Of a DNA stretch of 64,000 nucleotides, positions 12,634 through 25,309 are shown piece by piece (positions within the stretch are counted from its first letter, which is position 1; each line of letters opens with the position of its first letter). Both the position numbers and the translations under genes were made by a program. Under the pieces are notes generated by a model, which had not been told where the DNA came from, made no database searches, and saw only the letters and a list, made by a program, of their open reading frames with translations. The stretch lies in NCBI GenBank assembly GCA_964106915.2, contig OZ066916.1. One strand, given 5' to 3'. The DNA is from Podarcis gaigeae. Lineage: Eukaryota.

Positions 12634-13810
12634 AAAATTATTAAGTGGGCCACATCCTTGTGGGGAGGTGGGGGGAGCTAATGGCATTCAGTGAAGAGAG
12701 AAAATCTTTTGTAAGGTCAGACTTTACTCAGAGTAAGTGGTGATGTTAGATAGCGACTTTCTATTTAATGTTCATGGTGTGTTTGTATATAGCTGAAGAA
12801 GGAGCATCTGTTTATATTCTAGCCTATACATTACAGGCAACAAATTGCTGTTACTACTTTTCAAAATCAGCCAACTTGAAGAAAAATGAATGAAAACTGT
12901 GGGGGGTAATGGTACCTCTGCCAGTGCTCAAATGTGCAAGGACTTTGCATGAACTAGATTTCAAGCAATGACCAGGAAGTAACTTGTCATTTGCTACCAT
13001 AAAGTAACTTGAAGTAACTTGTCATTTATTAACTATCCCACTCCCCTTTTCACAGTCAGCGAAGAAAGACACGACTGAAAATTACATTTTTTTTAAAAGG
13101 AGCACCAAACTAATGATAAGCTTTTCATATGATTGATAATTTATCAATCACCTCCAACAGGAGGTGACCAAAACTCAGGGCTAATATCATAGCTATTAAC
13201 TTTTCCCTTTTCTTGCGAGGAATCCTATTCGGAACAAGGGAATTTCCCTTTAAAAAGGGGAAACGTTGACAGCTATGGCTAATGTACCTCCTGGAGTGAC
13301 TTGTGAGGTTCTGCTGGAGTTGTGCTGATCCTTCGTAGTTCATGATGCAGTACATTTAGGTGTGAAAGGGTTCCCAGATATTGTCCTGGTAACCTTTATA
13401 AAAGCAATGGAAAACCCATGGCCCTCCTGATGTTGTTGCACCTCCGCTCCCATCAGCCTCAGCCAGCATGGCCAATGGACAAGGATGAGAGGAGCTGCAG
13501 TCCAGAAACCTCTGGAAGACCACAGGCTCCTCAGCCCTAATTTTACAACAGCCTCACAAAATCACTCCCCTGTTATTAGACCCATGTTATAAATGGGCAA
13601 GGAACTGAATCTATAATGGCACCTGCTGATGTTATGGCTAAGGTAAGACTTGGGAACTTTCTAGCTCACTACCATACCACTGCTTTCCAAAATATACTAA
13701 TTATTATCCTCCAGTAACTATTCCATTAATTTTTAACTGCAACACAGTGAAGGGAACTCTCAGCACACTTAACAAACCATAGTTCCCGTAGTTCCCAGGA
13801 TTCCTTAGGG

Positions 13811-13947
13811 CAGCGGTTCTCAACCTGTGGGTCCCCAGATATTGTTGGAGTACAACTCCCATCATTCCTGAGCTCTGGCCTTGCTAGCTAGGGGTGATGG
13901 GAGTTGTAGTTCAACAACATCAGGGGACCCACAGGTTGAAAAGGCTG
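13811..13947. mobile_element. Short palindromic hAT-like MITE
   Basis: Nearly full-length fold-back: cagcggttctcaacctgtgggtcccc...ggggacccacaggttgaaaaggctg with inner arms tacaactcccatca/tgatgggagttgta. Related degraded copies at about 10229, 13404, 21015, 26693, 34568, 42890, 45500, 52075 and 57110. Confidence 0.75.
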
Positions 13948-14836
13948 CTTCTATGACTGTTTAAAGTGGTATGGTATTGTTTTAAATGCATAGTGCAGAT
14001 GGGGTCCTAACATTGTTTTGTGGCATAATCATGATTGAATCTGGAATTGTGGTCTCTTTCTCACGTCCAACATTCACATTTACCCAGTCAAGTAGAAGGT
14101 AGCTAAAGAAGTCACTATTGAGCTTTCAAGGCCATTTTGATTTCCTCTTTACATATCACTTTCTACTGACAGTTCTCCTCCTACTCTGCGAGCCCCATAA
14201 TATTGACCTGGCACCACTTGTCTGTCATTGCTCTGAGAAGTGTTACTTTCAGAATTATCATTCCACACAGCAGGGAGCTTCTAGAATAACCTTTGCTGAG
14301 TGCTATTTGCACATACATTTCTATGTGATTGAAACCTGGGGAGCGGGGAAGGGTGTTGTAGGAGATTAGTGACTTCAGACACAAGGAGAATTGCCCAGAA
14401 AGGTAATTTTATAGCAGTGTATAAAATGAGTATGCTAAGATGACCCAGAAGATTGTCTGAATACACAACACAGCTCTACTCTGAAACAAATCTGGCCTTG
14501 TAAGGAAGTGTAAAATGCTCCAAGGAAGAAGAGCAGGTTATAAGTATAATTTTATTTAGTTGGTTAATTAGTTATTACATTTAGATCCCACCCTTCCTCC
14601 CAAAGGAGTCCAGCATAAACAGAGTGACAACTGACAGAATGAGAGACCCAGAGTGAAAGGTTATGACCTGGGAGGTCACAGTTCAAGGAACCACACGGCC
14701 ATGAAGATCGCTAGATGAGTCTGGGCCAGTCATTGTCTCTCAGCCTAACCTACCTCACAAGGTTGTTTTGATGATAAAATGGAAAGAGGGAGAACCATGT
14801 ATGCCACTTTGAGCTCCTTGGGGGGAAAGGGGGGAT

Positions 14837-14846
14837 ATCATCATCG

Positions 14847-14880
<34 letters not shown>
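14837..14880. repeat. (CAT)n microsatellite at the tail of a degraded Squam3/MIR-like SINE (about 14650-14836)
   Basis: Direct reading. The upstream ctcagcctaacctacctcacaaggttg body resembles 1536-1785. Confidence 0.85.
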
Positions 14881-15098
14881 TTAATACTGAATTTGGAGAT
14901 CGTAAAGGTAGGTTCAAATCCTCACTCAGCTATGAAGCTCAGGGTTACTCTTTGGAAAACCCCAGCGTTTTTGATTATAGCAAACCATAATCAGAATTGT
15001 TGCCCAGAATGTTCTGGGCTTGATCCCAGCCTTGGCTTCAGTCATGAACTGGGAATACACCTCATTTAATTAAATAAGATTTACTTCTGAGTAGACGT

Positions 15099-15452
15099 GG
15101 GACGCGGGTGGCACTGTGGGTTAAACCACAGAGCCTAGGACTTGCTGATCAGAAGGTCGGTGGTTCAAATCCCCACGACGGGGTGAGCTCCGGTTGCTCT
15201 GTCCCTGCTCCTGCCAACCTAGCAGTTCGAAAGCACGTCAAAGTGCAAGTAGATAAATAGGTACCGCTCCTGCGGGAAGATAAACGGCATTTCCGTGCGC
15301 TGCTCTGGTTTGCCAGAAGCGGCTTAGTCATGCTGGCCACATGACCCGGAAGCTGTACACCGGCTCCCTCGGTCAATAAAGCGAGATGAGCACCGCAACC
15401 CTAGAGTCGGTCATGACTGGACCTAATGGTCAGGGGTCCCTTTACCTTTACC
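15099..15452 (+). mobile_element. Sauria SINE, full length
   Basis: Head gggacgcgggtggc and (ACCTTT)n tail. TSD tagacgt at 15092-15098 and 15453-15459. Confidence 0.92.
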
Positions 15453-16084
15453 TAGACGTTGTTAGGATTTGACTGTAGTCATGCTTTGACTTAGACTCAC
15501 TGAAATCGGTGGGACTTACACTAGTTATGACTAATATCAGTATCATTGATATGATAAGGTTTTGTTCTATGCATGACTAAGTCTTGGATCCAACCCTCTC
15601 TATTTAGATATATATGTATCTGTTGCTGCCACCATTTAATTCAATTATGTTGTGCACTACTATGGCTTAAAGCTTTCAAGACCTTCTCTTTGTTTTGCTT
15701 CCAGCTCTTTCCTTAACCACCTGTCACTCTTGCCTGAGATTTGCAAAGAAAGGCAGCCTTTCCAGGAATGCTCGAATGCTCTGTGATTCACAGAATTGTG
15801 CGTGTAATGGAAACTCAGGTTTCATAATGCTCCCATTGGAGATAGCTTATCGTGTGGTTCAAAGGCAGGTAAGCCTTTCACTGTTTGTTTTAACATGTGA
15901 TAAATGGGCTTATCTCTTCCCACAACCTGAAACGCTTATCAGGCAAACAGGGTTCGATCTATAGTGCTGTGTCCCTTCAAAACTCAGAATGACACAGGTC
16001 ACTTAGTCTGTGTTAGAGATTGCAGAAGCCAAAGATACAGGCGTTGACTACGTCACGGCTTTCCTCAATAGGTTTCTTGTTCTA

Positions 16085-16466
16085 AAGGTAAAAGGTAAAG
16101 GTAAAGGACCCGTGGATGGTTAAGTCCAGTCAAAGGCGACTATGGGGTATGGCACTCATCTCGTTTTTCAGGCCAAGGGATACGACGTTTGTCCACAGAC
16201 AGCTTTCCAGGTCATGTGGCCAGCATGACTAAACCGCTTCTGGCTCAATGGGACATTGTGACAAGTGCCAGAGTGCAAGGAAATGCCATTTATCTTCCCT
16301 CCGCAGTGGTACCTATTTATCTACCTGCACTGGTATGCTTTTGAACTGCTAGGTTGGCAGAAGCTGTGAGCAATGGTAGTTAACCCCATCACACGGATTC
16401 AAATCGCCAACCTTCCAATTGGCAGGCCCAAGAGGCTCAGTGGTTTAGACCACGACACTACCTGTG
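16085..16466 (-). mobile_element. Sauria SINE, divergent subfamily
   Basis: Reversed tail aaggtaaaaggtaaagg and an extra internal segment (gggacattgtgacaagtgcc). TSD tcttgttcta at 16075-16084 and 16467-16476. Confidence 0.88.
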
Positions 16467-16635
16467 TCTTGTTCTACATGAAGGGGAGAGGCCTCATGTG
16501 GGATCTCTACTCTACCCTGAACTGCAGGAGAGGGCAGAATGTAGAGACTTAAAAGGCCCTCTGCCAGAGGTCCCACCCACAGAACATTTGTTGTCTTCTG
16601 AAAGAAAGGCTGGGCGCCATCAGCCACATATGTCT

Positions 16636-16929
16636 TGTTATGTATTGAAGTTCTCACCCTGGGCCAGCAGGCAGATACTGTAGATAGTTATGCAAATGAA
16701 GGATCGAAAGTGACATTCAGTGACTTGATAGTTTGTATGCAAATGAAGGATCGAAAGTGACGTTCAGTGATTGGATAGTTTTAGAAAGTTGCTACAGTTA
16801 CATTGTTCTGGAGCCCTATATAAGCAGGCTGACTGAGCTCCTCAGTTCAGTTCTGTTCTGGCCTTTGAATAAACAAGAGCTGTTTGAAGAATCGCTGTGT
16901 CGTCTGATATGTTCACCCACAACTTAACA
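16636..16929 (+). mobile_element. Solo LTR
   Basis: TGTTA...TAACA termini, TATA box tatataag at 16817 and AATAAA at 16868. Flanks tgtct/tgtat form a 5-bp TSD with one mismatch. Confidence 0.82.
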
Positions 16930-17384
16930 TGTATGATTTGAGTTGTGCACATATGGTTCTTTGCATCACTATCATGATAATCATCATGAAGTATACTGCC
17001 CTTCATCTGAAGATCACAGTATAAAAACGCAAAATACAACACATAACATCCACACTTGACACACCATGCCTCCAGTCCACATGCTGCTCCCAGCAAATCA
17101 TTGCCTCCCACAATGCAGTGGGCAGTAGGTAAGAAGAACCTCACAAAGTTGTATCAAAAAGATCAAGTAGTACTCATCCATAGTAACAATTGTCTTGAGC
17201 AAAAAAACCCACCTCTGTTGCTCAAGAAAACCCGAAATTAATCAAATATTTGTGACAGCAAAACTATCACCTCTATTAAATGTGGCTGAGTTAAATTCAT
17301 AGGCTAATTGATAGAAATTAAAAACAATTTGGAGAGAGCAGAATTTCTAAAAACGAAGGGCTGTACGTGCTTTCTTAGAGGTAA

Positions 17385-17520
17385 TAATAATATTAATAAT
17401 TTTATTACTTGTGCCCTGCCCATCTGACTGGGTTGCCCCTGCCACTCTGGGCGGCTTCCAGAATTTACAAAAACATAAAAAAATAAACATTTAAAACGTT
17501 CCTATACAGGGCTGCATTCG
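17385..17520 (-). mobile_element. L2 LINE 3' tail
   Basis: Reverse complement of the 8690-8822 UTR (gcccatctgactgggttgcccc.gccactctgggcggcttcca). Confidence 0.75.
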
Positions 17521-17976
17521 GAAATAATAATAAAGTGGCATAAGGTTTGCCATGGCCCAAGGTTTGACCAAGCAAGAGGAAAGCAGGAATAAGAGCTAAG
17601 TTGGCCATATTTAATGTGTGCTTTGCCTCCCACAACGTTCAGGAGGTCAATCCCTCTTTTGTGAGAGTACAAAGTTTCCTGCCCACATCAGCTGTTAATG
17701 TAATAGCTTCATGTCGAGAGATTATCTAGCTATAGGCACTTAGCAGACATATGAAAGGAGGAGAATAATTACAGTGGTGGCATGAGTAAATTGCTCATCC
17801 TTCACAAGATGTTCCACTGAAAATAATGGCCAGGGGTTGCAGTGACCCAGACGGGAATGGATTAATTTTGTGATGGGACCACATAACAGCTTAATTAAGT
17901 TATAGCACATCAAGGAAACAAATTTCCAGAATTTCCCTTTTTGGTATAACTATGGTAGTTAGTTGATAATTTTATA

Positions 17977-18218
17977 CAGTGGTACCTCGGGTTACAGATG
18001 CTTCAGGTTACAGATGCTTCAGGTTACAGACTCCACTAACTCCGAAATAGTACCTTGGGTTAGGAACTTTGCTTCAGGATGAGAACAGAATTCGCGTGGT
18101 GGTGGTGTGGCGACAGTGGGAGGCCCCATTAGCTAAAGTGGTACCTCAGGCTAAGATCACTTTCAGGTTAAGAACGGACCTCCAGAATGAATTAAGTTCT
18201 TAACCCGAGGTACCGTTG
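17977..18218. mobile_element. Tc1/mariner-type MITE
   Basis: TA-cagtggtacctcggg...cccgaggtaccgttg-TA; same family as 3539-3720. Confidence 0.85.
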
Positions 18219-18426
18219 TATTTTAGTTTGCACACACACCACACATTTAATGCACCTCTTCCAAAAGAATCCCGAGATCTTTAGTTTGTTAAGGGTTTTG
18301 GGAATTGTAGCTCTGTAAGGGGTAAACTACAGTTCCTGGGATACTTTGGAGCAAAATCTGCTTTAAATGTAGGGTGTGTGTGCAGCCAAAATCGCTAAGT
18401 ACACTGATCTCAGTTATTCCTGTCTT

Positions 18427-18558
18427 TGTTGTTGTTGTTTAGTCATTTAGTCATGTCCGACTCTTCGTGACCCCATGGACCAGAGCATGCCAGGCACTCC
18501 TGTCTTCCACTGCCTGCCACAGCTTGGTCAAACTCATGTTCATAGCTTTGGGAACACT
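18427..18558 (-). mobile_element. Bov-B LINE short 3' fragment
   Basis: Matches 3075-3205. Confidence 0.85.
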
Positions 18559-19167
18559 GTATTCCTGTCTTACCATACTTCAATTAAAGCTCATGGGAAG
18601 ATGCAATGAAGCAATGCCTTCCATGGGGCTTTCTCAGATCAGAAAGCAAAAGCAGCCAGGGAGGCTGCAGAGTGCCAGGCAAATGCACACCCAAAGCTAA
18701 TACATGATTTAAAAAATGGTGGACACACCAGGCTTACAACTTCTACACCTCAACAGAAGTTTATTTCGAATTCCAGCAAAATTTGTAATTTTGCCCCATC
18801 ATTTGATTGCATTGCCAGTATCTTTGAATCATTTTGGAATCCTCGGCTTATTGAATTTGGAAAAAAATTATGGACGTTATAGCCCCATACCTTCAAACCA
18901 AAATGGAGTACTACAACTCCATTGTCTTCTCTGGCCAGTAGGAGCTCTCTGGGATCTGTGGCAAAAGACTTTCACATCACCTGCTGCTTGAGATCCCTTT
19001 ATTGGAGATGTCAGGGGTTGAAGCTGGGACCTCCAGCATGCAAAGAAAGTTCTCTATTACTGAGCTAAAGAGTGTTTTAGATCTGTAACTTCAGGTATTT
19101 CTTGATGAACAACAACCACCAAACACTGTGAGAAAATTCTGAGGAAAGCTTTGAGCCCAAGTCAGTC

Positions 19168-19566
19168 AGACCTACATTGCCTCCCAGTACGTTTCTGAGC
19201 ACAATTCAAAGTGTTGGTGTTGACCTTTAAATCCCTAAATGGCCTTGGCCCAGTATACCTGAAGGAGTGTCTCCATCCCCATTGTTCAGCCCAGACACTG
19301 AGGTCCAGCACCAAGGGCCTTCTGGTGGTTCTCTCACTGTGAGAAGTGAGGTTACAGGGAACCAGGCAGAGGGCCTTCTTGATAGTGGCACCCTCCCTGT
19401 GGAACGCCCTCCCACCAGATGTCAAGGAAATAAACAACCATCTGACTTTTAGAAGACATCTGAAGGCAGCCCTGTTTAGGGAAGTTTTTAATGTTTGAAG
19501 TTTTATTCTGTTTTTAGTCCTCTGTTGGGAGCCTATGGGCGGGGTAAATAATAATAAAAATAATAA
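19168..19566 (+). mobile_element. L2 LINE 3' fragment
   Basis: Homologous to 8400-8822 (DLH.LPVRF.AQFKVLVLTFK.LNGLGP). Confidence 0.88.
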
Positions 19567-22500
19567 TTGCCTACCTATATCCACTAAGAAAGTTACCACC
19601 TGGGTGAATCAATAATGTGTCTCACTTGATGCCCTAGCAGTAGAAAACCTTTAACTATCTGTTATACATCTAGTAGGCAGCAGTTTTTATTGCATGATGC
19701 TTCTTTAACAGGTATATGCTATAGACCTGAATTGCGTACCAGTTAGAGCCACCACATCTCTCAAAATTACACACTACCCATATTTGAAAACACCTTATAT
19801 TGGGAAACATGAACTGGAGAGTAGTTTTCTTCTCACAGCATGTTCCCATGATGTGCACCGTGGGAACTGATTCTCAACAACATGATTTTATTCTTGGTCT
19901 GCAATATGTGCCCATTCACATTGCGACATGTGACATGGGTCCTTGCCAAATGATACGAATTGCTTTAGAGCTGCCTATGTATCACTTGATAATTCAATGC
20001 CTGAAGGCTGAATATCGCCTCTCATTTGACAGCATTGAAAGCAGTGTTTCTGGGGCAATATGAGAGTTTTGTTTATGGAGTTTGTCCTGGGATTTCTCGT
20101 TCACATGTGCAAGTCATTACTTGATGCTGCAGGTCTCAACTGCGTGTGTGTGTAAGAAATCAGACCTACTCCTGGGACTAGATCCATTAGCTTTGAACTG
20201 GGTGTGATGAAAGTTGTCATTTTGCTTCTGTGAAATATTCTACACTTATAAACCGCATGTTCTGCAACAGCACCCAACCATTGCTTTGTTGTTGCTTTCT
20301 AAAAAGTTCAGTTAATTTCTAGGTTATTTTATTTTTATTCGATTTTGCAATCAGAGTTATACAACTGCAAGAACCCCAATTGGAAACAGCTGTACACAAT
20401 GTCAATCAAAGCACCTTCCAGCTCGGGAATCTTACACTTCTGTGAACTGCCAATTGTGTTCACAATTTCTTTCCCCTCACTTTGGTGTCTTGCTAAACTC
20501 CTGTCCAAGGGCAAATTCTTCATCCTCCCCCCCCCCCAAATGAACCAGACTGGCAAGGTTGCTATGTACACACAAGGATAAAGATATACTCTGGTTACTC
20601 AATACATGTTTTGCAAAAGTCGACTGTTTCAAACAAAGTTGCAACATGCCACACAGTTTTGCAACACTGGGTGGAAACTGAGCACCTACATTTACAGACA
20701 TATCTACCTTAGGTGGCTGCTTTGAACGTTTTTCATGGAATTGCGTCAATGAGAAACACACACGCCATGTTGCTCTTTTTATAGATCAGCTGTTACTCAG
20801 AACAGTTCAGTTTCAATCATAGGCAGGGCAAAACATTGCAAATGGTAGCCTGGAGTCTTGTAATGTCTGCAATCCAAAGGATATTTAGGTAGTAACTGGA
20901 TGTAGTGCTGATAATGACAATCCTGTGTCAATTTCTTTACCAATTGTAGTTAAGGAACACTGAACATATCATCATATATTTTCTGCCCCTGCACAATACT
21001 GTGTATCACTGTCACAGGGATGGCAAATCCATGTCTCTACCAAAGTTGTTGTACTCCAACTCCCATCAGCCTATCTGTTAACTTTGCTGACTGAAGCTAA
21101 TGGGAGTTGGTGTCCAATAGCATCTGGAGGGCCATAGGTCCCATACTTCTGAGTCAGGATGGAGGAAAGCAGGGACTTTTCCCTACATGTGGTGGCCTTG
21201 GCGAACTCCTGTTGGATACATTTTTTTCACGAAATTCAGTTGTACACCAGGACTCAGGTTGCAAATAAATAACCCTTTTAAAAAAACAAATCCAAACCAA
21301 AGTTTAAATCTTTAGCCATCAGCTATCACAGGTAAAATGGCTGAAGCTTTATAAAAGTGCAGGGTTATAGGGACAGTGAGGATTCTAATTTGCATCTGTA
21401 TTTACAAGTGTGAAGTGTTCCTGTTCAATATTCCATTCCATTTTCCCTCTGCACCTCCCAGTTTTCCCCAATACAAAGTCAGCATTCCATGGCTACTGAG
21501 CATGCTCCATCATCACTTGGCTGTTATTTTTTTGGGGTGGGGTGGGATTACCTCACCTCTTTAGGGTTTTCCCCAAAGATCATTTGTACTTCTGGACACT
21601 TTGGGATTTTCCCATGCCCGCCACTACCTCTGTCTTGTGTGCGGATGGTGCCATACATACGGACCCCCACTCAGAGAATGAGCTCACTATTAGTTTACTA
21701 TTAGGTGTGTGTGGACCTAATACGGGGACATTTATACATACATGGACGTGCATAACTCACACTCAGTACTGGAAGACCTGCAGTGTGTCAAGTATCAGGT
21801 GGTATGGCAATACTGTCTATGTTATCTGTGATGGCTCATTCATTGCCACTGCACTTATCAAAGGATGTCAGTGCCTATGTAAAGCAGGTCACGGAATCAC
21901 ACAGAGGTGTGACAGAGCAGAATTAATAGTGGAGAATCAATTTGGAGTCTGACAGAGGTGCCATCTTCTCAAGACGATTGAGGGGGCCTGACACAATGTC
22001 CTGATGTCACGTGCATGATGTCGCAAAGAGTCAGGGGACAGAGCCAAATGTCCTCTGAACATTGAGGGGGCCCGGCCCCCTAAAAAAATTGAAGGCGTGA
22101 GGTGCCTTGACCTCTAGGATCTGGTGCTGATGGACTCTGAGGTGCAGATGGAATCACATTTCCTCAGTGTTTTTTCACTTGCGATCCAAAAGTGTTTCCA
22201 TCTAGAATTTCCCTAGTAGCTTAATAGCTTATAGTACAAAGTGTACTAGGTTATGTATGGATACAGGTGAGAAAAAAATATTTTCCCCAGTCGAATCCCT
22301 AGGAATTTTTAGAAAGAACGAACCTGAACTTTAGGCCACCTTTACAAAAATGAAGGATTTACTTCAGGATGCCACAAGATTAGCCAGCCATAGTAAGGAG
22401 GAGTTTTGTGACCCATATCTAGGTGTCACAAGCATGCCTCTTACTGGAATTGAACAGGCAACTCTGAAATGAACTAGAAAAAACTCAGAGAAACATTAAC

Positions 22501-22666
22501 TATGTCTTCACATGGCAATAAGGACAGAAGCAAACAATAGCCAGGGCCAATTATACCATCTCAGCAGAGAACACCAGTTGCCCCAGGCAGCTTCATGTGA
22601 AGGGGGTGCTTTATTGTGCAAGGGGCTCTGACTGCAATAACTGTGTCATCTGCTTTCTTGTTTGGT

Positions 22667-22709
<43 letters not shown>
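22667..22709. repeat. (CT)n microsatellite
   Basis: Direct reading. Confidence 0.95.
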
Positions 22710-22712
<3 letters not shown>

Positions 22713-24454
22713 CAGAGGGCTGCAAATGCCCTAAAGACTGTAACTGATTCAGTATAAACAGCTTCCCATGTTTCCTCTAGAACACTGAGGTTCAGCTTGT
22801 GTCATGGTGGGGGCCAAATAGTCTTGGAATTAACAGGGCACATCTGAACACATGGTCAGCAGCCAGGATTTTGTTTTCAGTCCTAGAACTGAGCTCACAG
22901 TTCTGTCACACTAAACCCCACTCTTGGCTTCCCCCTTCCTTCACCTCAGCATAATTTGGAAGGGAAATTTTGTTGTTGTTGCTATTGTTAAACAATTGGG
23001 AATCAAAAAGATTGCTTAAGATCACTTAAGGAGCTTCAAGTTGGGCCTTGTTTAATCATTGGATGGATGCTCCTAATACATTGCACACACACAAACACGC
23101 CCTGCATCAACACAATGTTGTTGACATCAAAATGGCAGCCTCTCCATTAATCAGGATTTCCCCTTGCTGGGAAAAATCCAATAGGGTGTGGTTTTTTTAA
23201 ATGACCTGTTTGCAATATCTGAATGGTCCATTTACAATATCAAGCTCCTGCCTGGAGAGCTATCAGTAGATTCTAAACTGCTTTCTGTCCAGCGTTGAAC
23301 AAGATCTGCAGCAAAAAATGTGTTGGTGCTGTCTTGCAGGCATCACTTAGATGCTCAGGTAAACAAATTATACCATCTGGTTGTGTGTATTACTTCACTT
23401 ACCTCAAAATATGGTAAGCCAGCTGCATTTGGAGAGCCCTCCTGTCCATTCTCTGCTGACTCAGACCCCTGACTTCTGCCCTAGAGGCACCACCAAATCA
23501 ATTCCATATTGGTGCTCTGCTTGCAATGAAGTGTAGTGAGCTAAATTTGATTTTTAAAGGAATGGATTTATCCCATCAAATTGCTACACTGTGTACTGAA
23601 CTGCCTGCTTTCTTGAAACAAAGGCTAAAAGGATTTGGTTGGTTTATTTTTTATTTATTTTTTGAAAAACAAAAATCCTTCATTCTTGACAATTGGGAAT
23701 ATACATTTTTAGAACAACAGTACTGTATGCGTTTGGGCAGAGGAAAGGAATTGACATGGGAATCGAGCTCTGGTCTACGGAACAGTTCTATATTGGAATT
23801 GGAAAAACCTGTCTCTAAATAACAGACGGTTTGAACTATTGCTTATAAACAGGAAACGTATATGATGTTAAAATAATGAGTCACTTACGGTGTTTATCAG
23901 AGTCAGGAAAGAAGCCAGCCCCTCTAAACTAAACAAATCCCTTTTTGTGAAGCCAATCCGTGCCTTATAGCATTGCGCGGGGTGATTCATCCTGTTCAGC
24001 CTGCTTTAATGGAAAATACTTCGAGCCATATCAATGCAGGGTGATATATTTAGACGTCATTATATTTAAACAAATGCCATACATGCTTAGTTATTCACAG
24101 TCCGTTTCGTTATACTTTTGGATCTTTGTCAACCCCATCCATCACTTTGCACCTTGGGGAGGGAGAAGCAAGTGGGTTCACATCTTACATAGGCATCCAG
24201 TGGGTCCAGTCCAGCCAAATTACACACTCATGTGACATTCATTTAAACAGAGAGAATTAAAGATGTGCCTATAAGGGGGTGTGAAACTTAAAAATCCTAT
24301 TTTTGTGATGTTCAATGAAAGAATGAGGAGAAATTCAGGATGCGTTTAGAGACAGCTATTCAATTAACACTTTCCAGAATAATATGAGAATCAAAACACA
24401 GCCATCATTTGAAATTTTGCACTGCACTTCTCCCAACGAATGTTTCTACACTAA

Positions 24455-24704
24455 TTCAAGTTACAAGAAAGGAGATTTGGACTAAACACAAGGAAGAATT
24501 CTTTGGCAGAAAGAGCTTTTCTACAATGGAGCAGATTCCCTCGGGAGGTTGTGGACTCTTCATTGGAGATTTTAAAGCAGAGGTTGGATGGCCATCTGTC
24601 AAGGATGCTTTAGTTGAGATTTCTGCATTGCAAGGGGTTGGACTAGATGACCCTTGGGGTCCCTTCCAACTCAATAATTCTATGATACTATAATTCTATG
24701 ATTC
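24455..24704 (+). mobile_element. CR1 LINE 3' fragment
   Basis: Reverse complement of 7913-8150; ends in the attctatg/attc tail. Confidence 0.85.
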
Positions 24705-25170
24705 ATGAATAACAATAAACAGCTATCAAGTGCAGGTCCACCTTACAAGACTGTGTAGACTTGATTGTAATGTGGTTTTCAGACAGCAAGGGCACACAGG
24801 ATATTTGCAGAGTCCAAACTACTGGGGAGATCATTTGTAAAATGAAAGAAGAGCATTGCCAACACTCCTCAGCTAACTCAAAGGTAACTTTAAATGCAAC
24901 AAAAACCATGCACTCCACCCCTGAGAATTTCCACCAAGATTTTCACTCCCCTTTGATAATGTTCAAATGCAATATATTTTCTTATTAATTCACAGGAAAT
25001 TGTAGGGCAGGGGAAAACCAAATAAACGTTTACTACAGCATTGTCTCTGCTTTTATAGGTTCTGCAGGTTTTTGGAAGCAAATCCAAAAACCTGCAAAAC
25101 TTGTTTGTCTCTAGCTTTCGAAATGGCCTTATTGTATCTACCTACCTGTCTACTGAGGGAGAGAGGTTAA

Positions 25171-25309
25171 TAGAGTTGCCATATTTTGAAGAGCAAAGGA
25201 GAAATTTGCCAACTTCTACTCTTAACCATGGATCACTATGATGACTCTCATTTTATATACCCATGAAAAAGAGGATGTGTCCTGGAAAAAGAGGACATAT
25301 GGCAACAGA
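25171..25309. mobile_element. hAT-like MITE remnant
   Basis: TIR-like tagagttgccatat...atatggcaac with a gtcctggaaaaagaggac subterminal motif. Confidence 0.5.

Noticed and set aside
14779-15069. Poly-His ORF; also the poly-Tyr ORF at 2918-3115 and the poly-Leu ORF at 3383-3595
   Set aside because: These are translations of (CAT)n and (TAT/ATT)n microsatellites.
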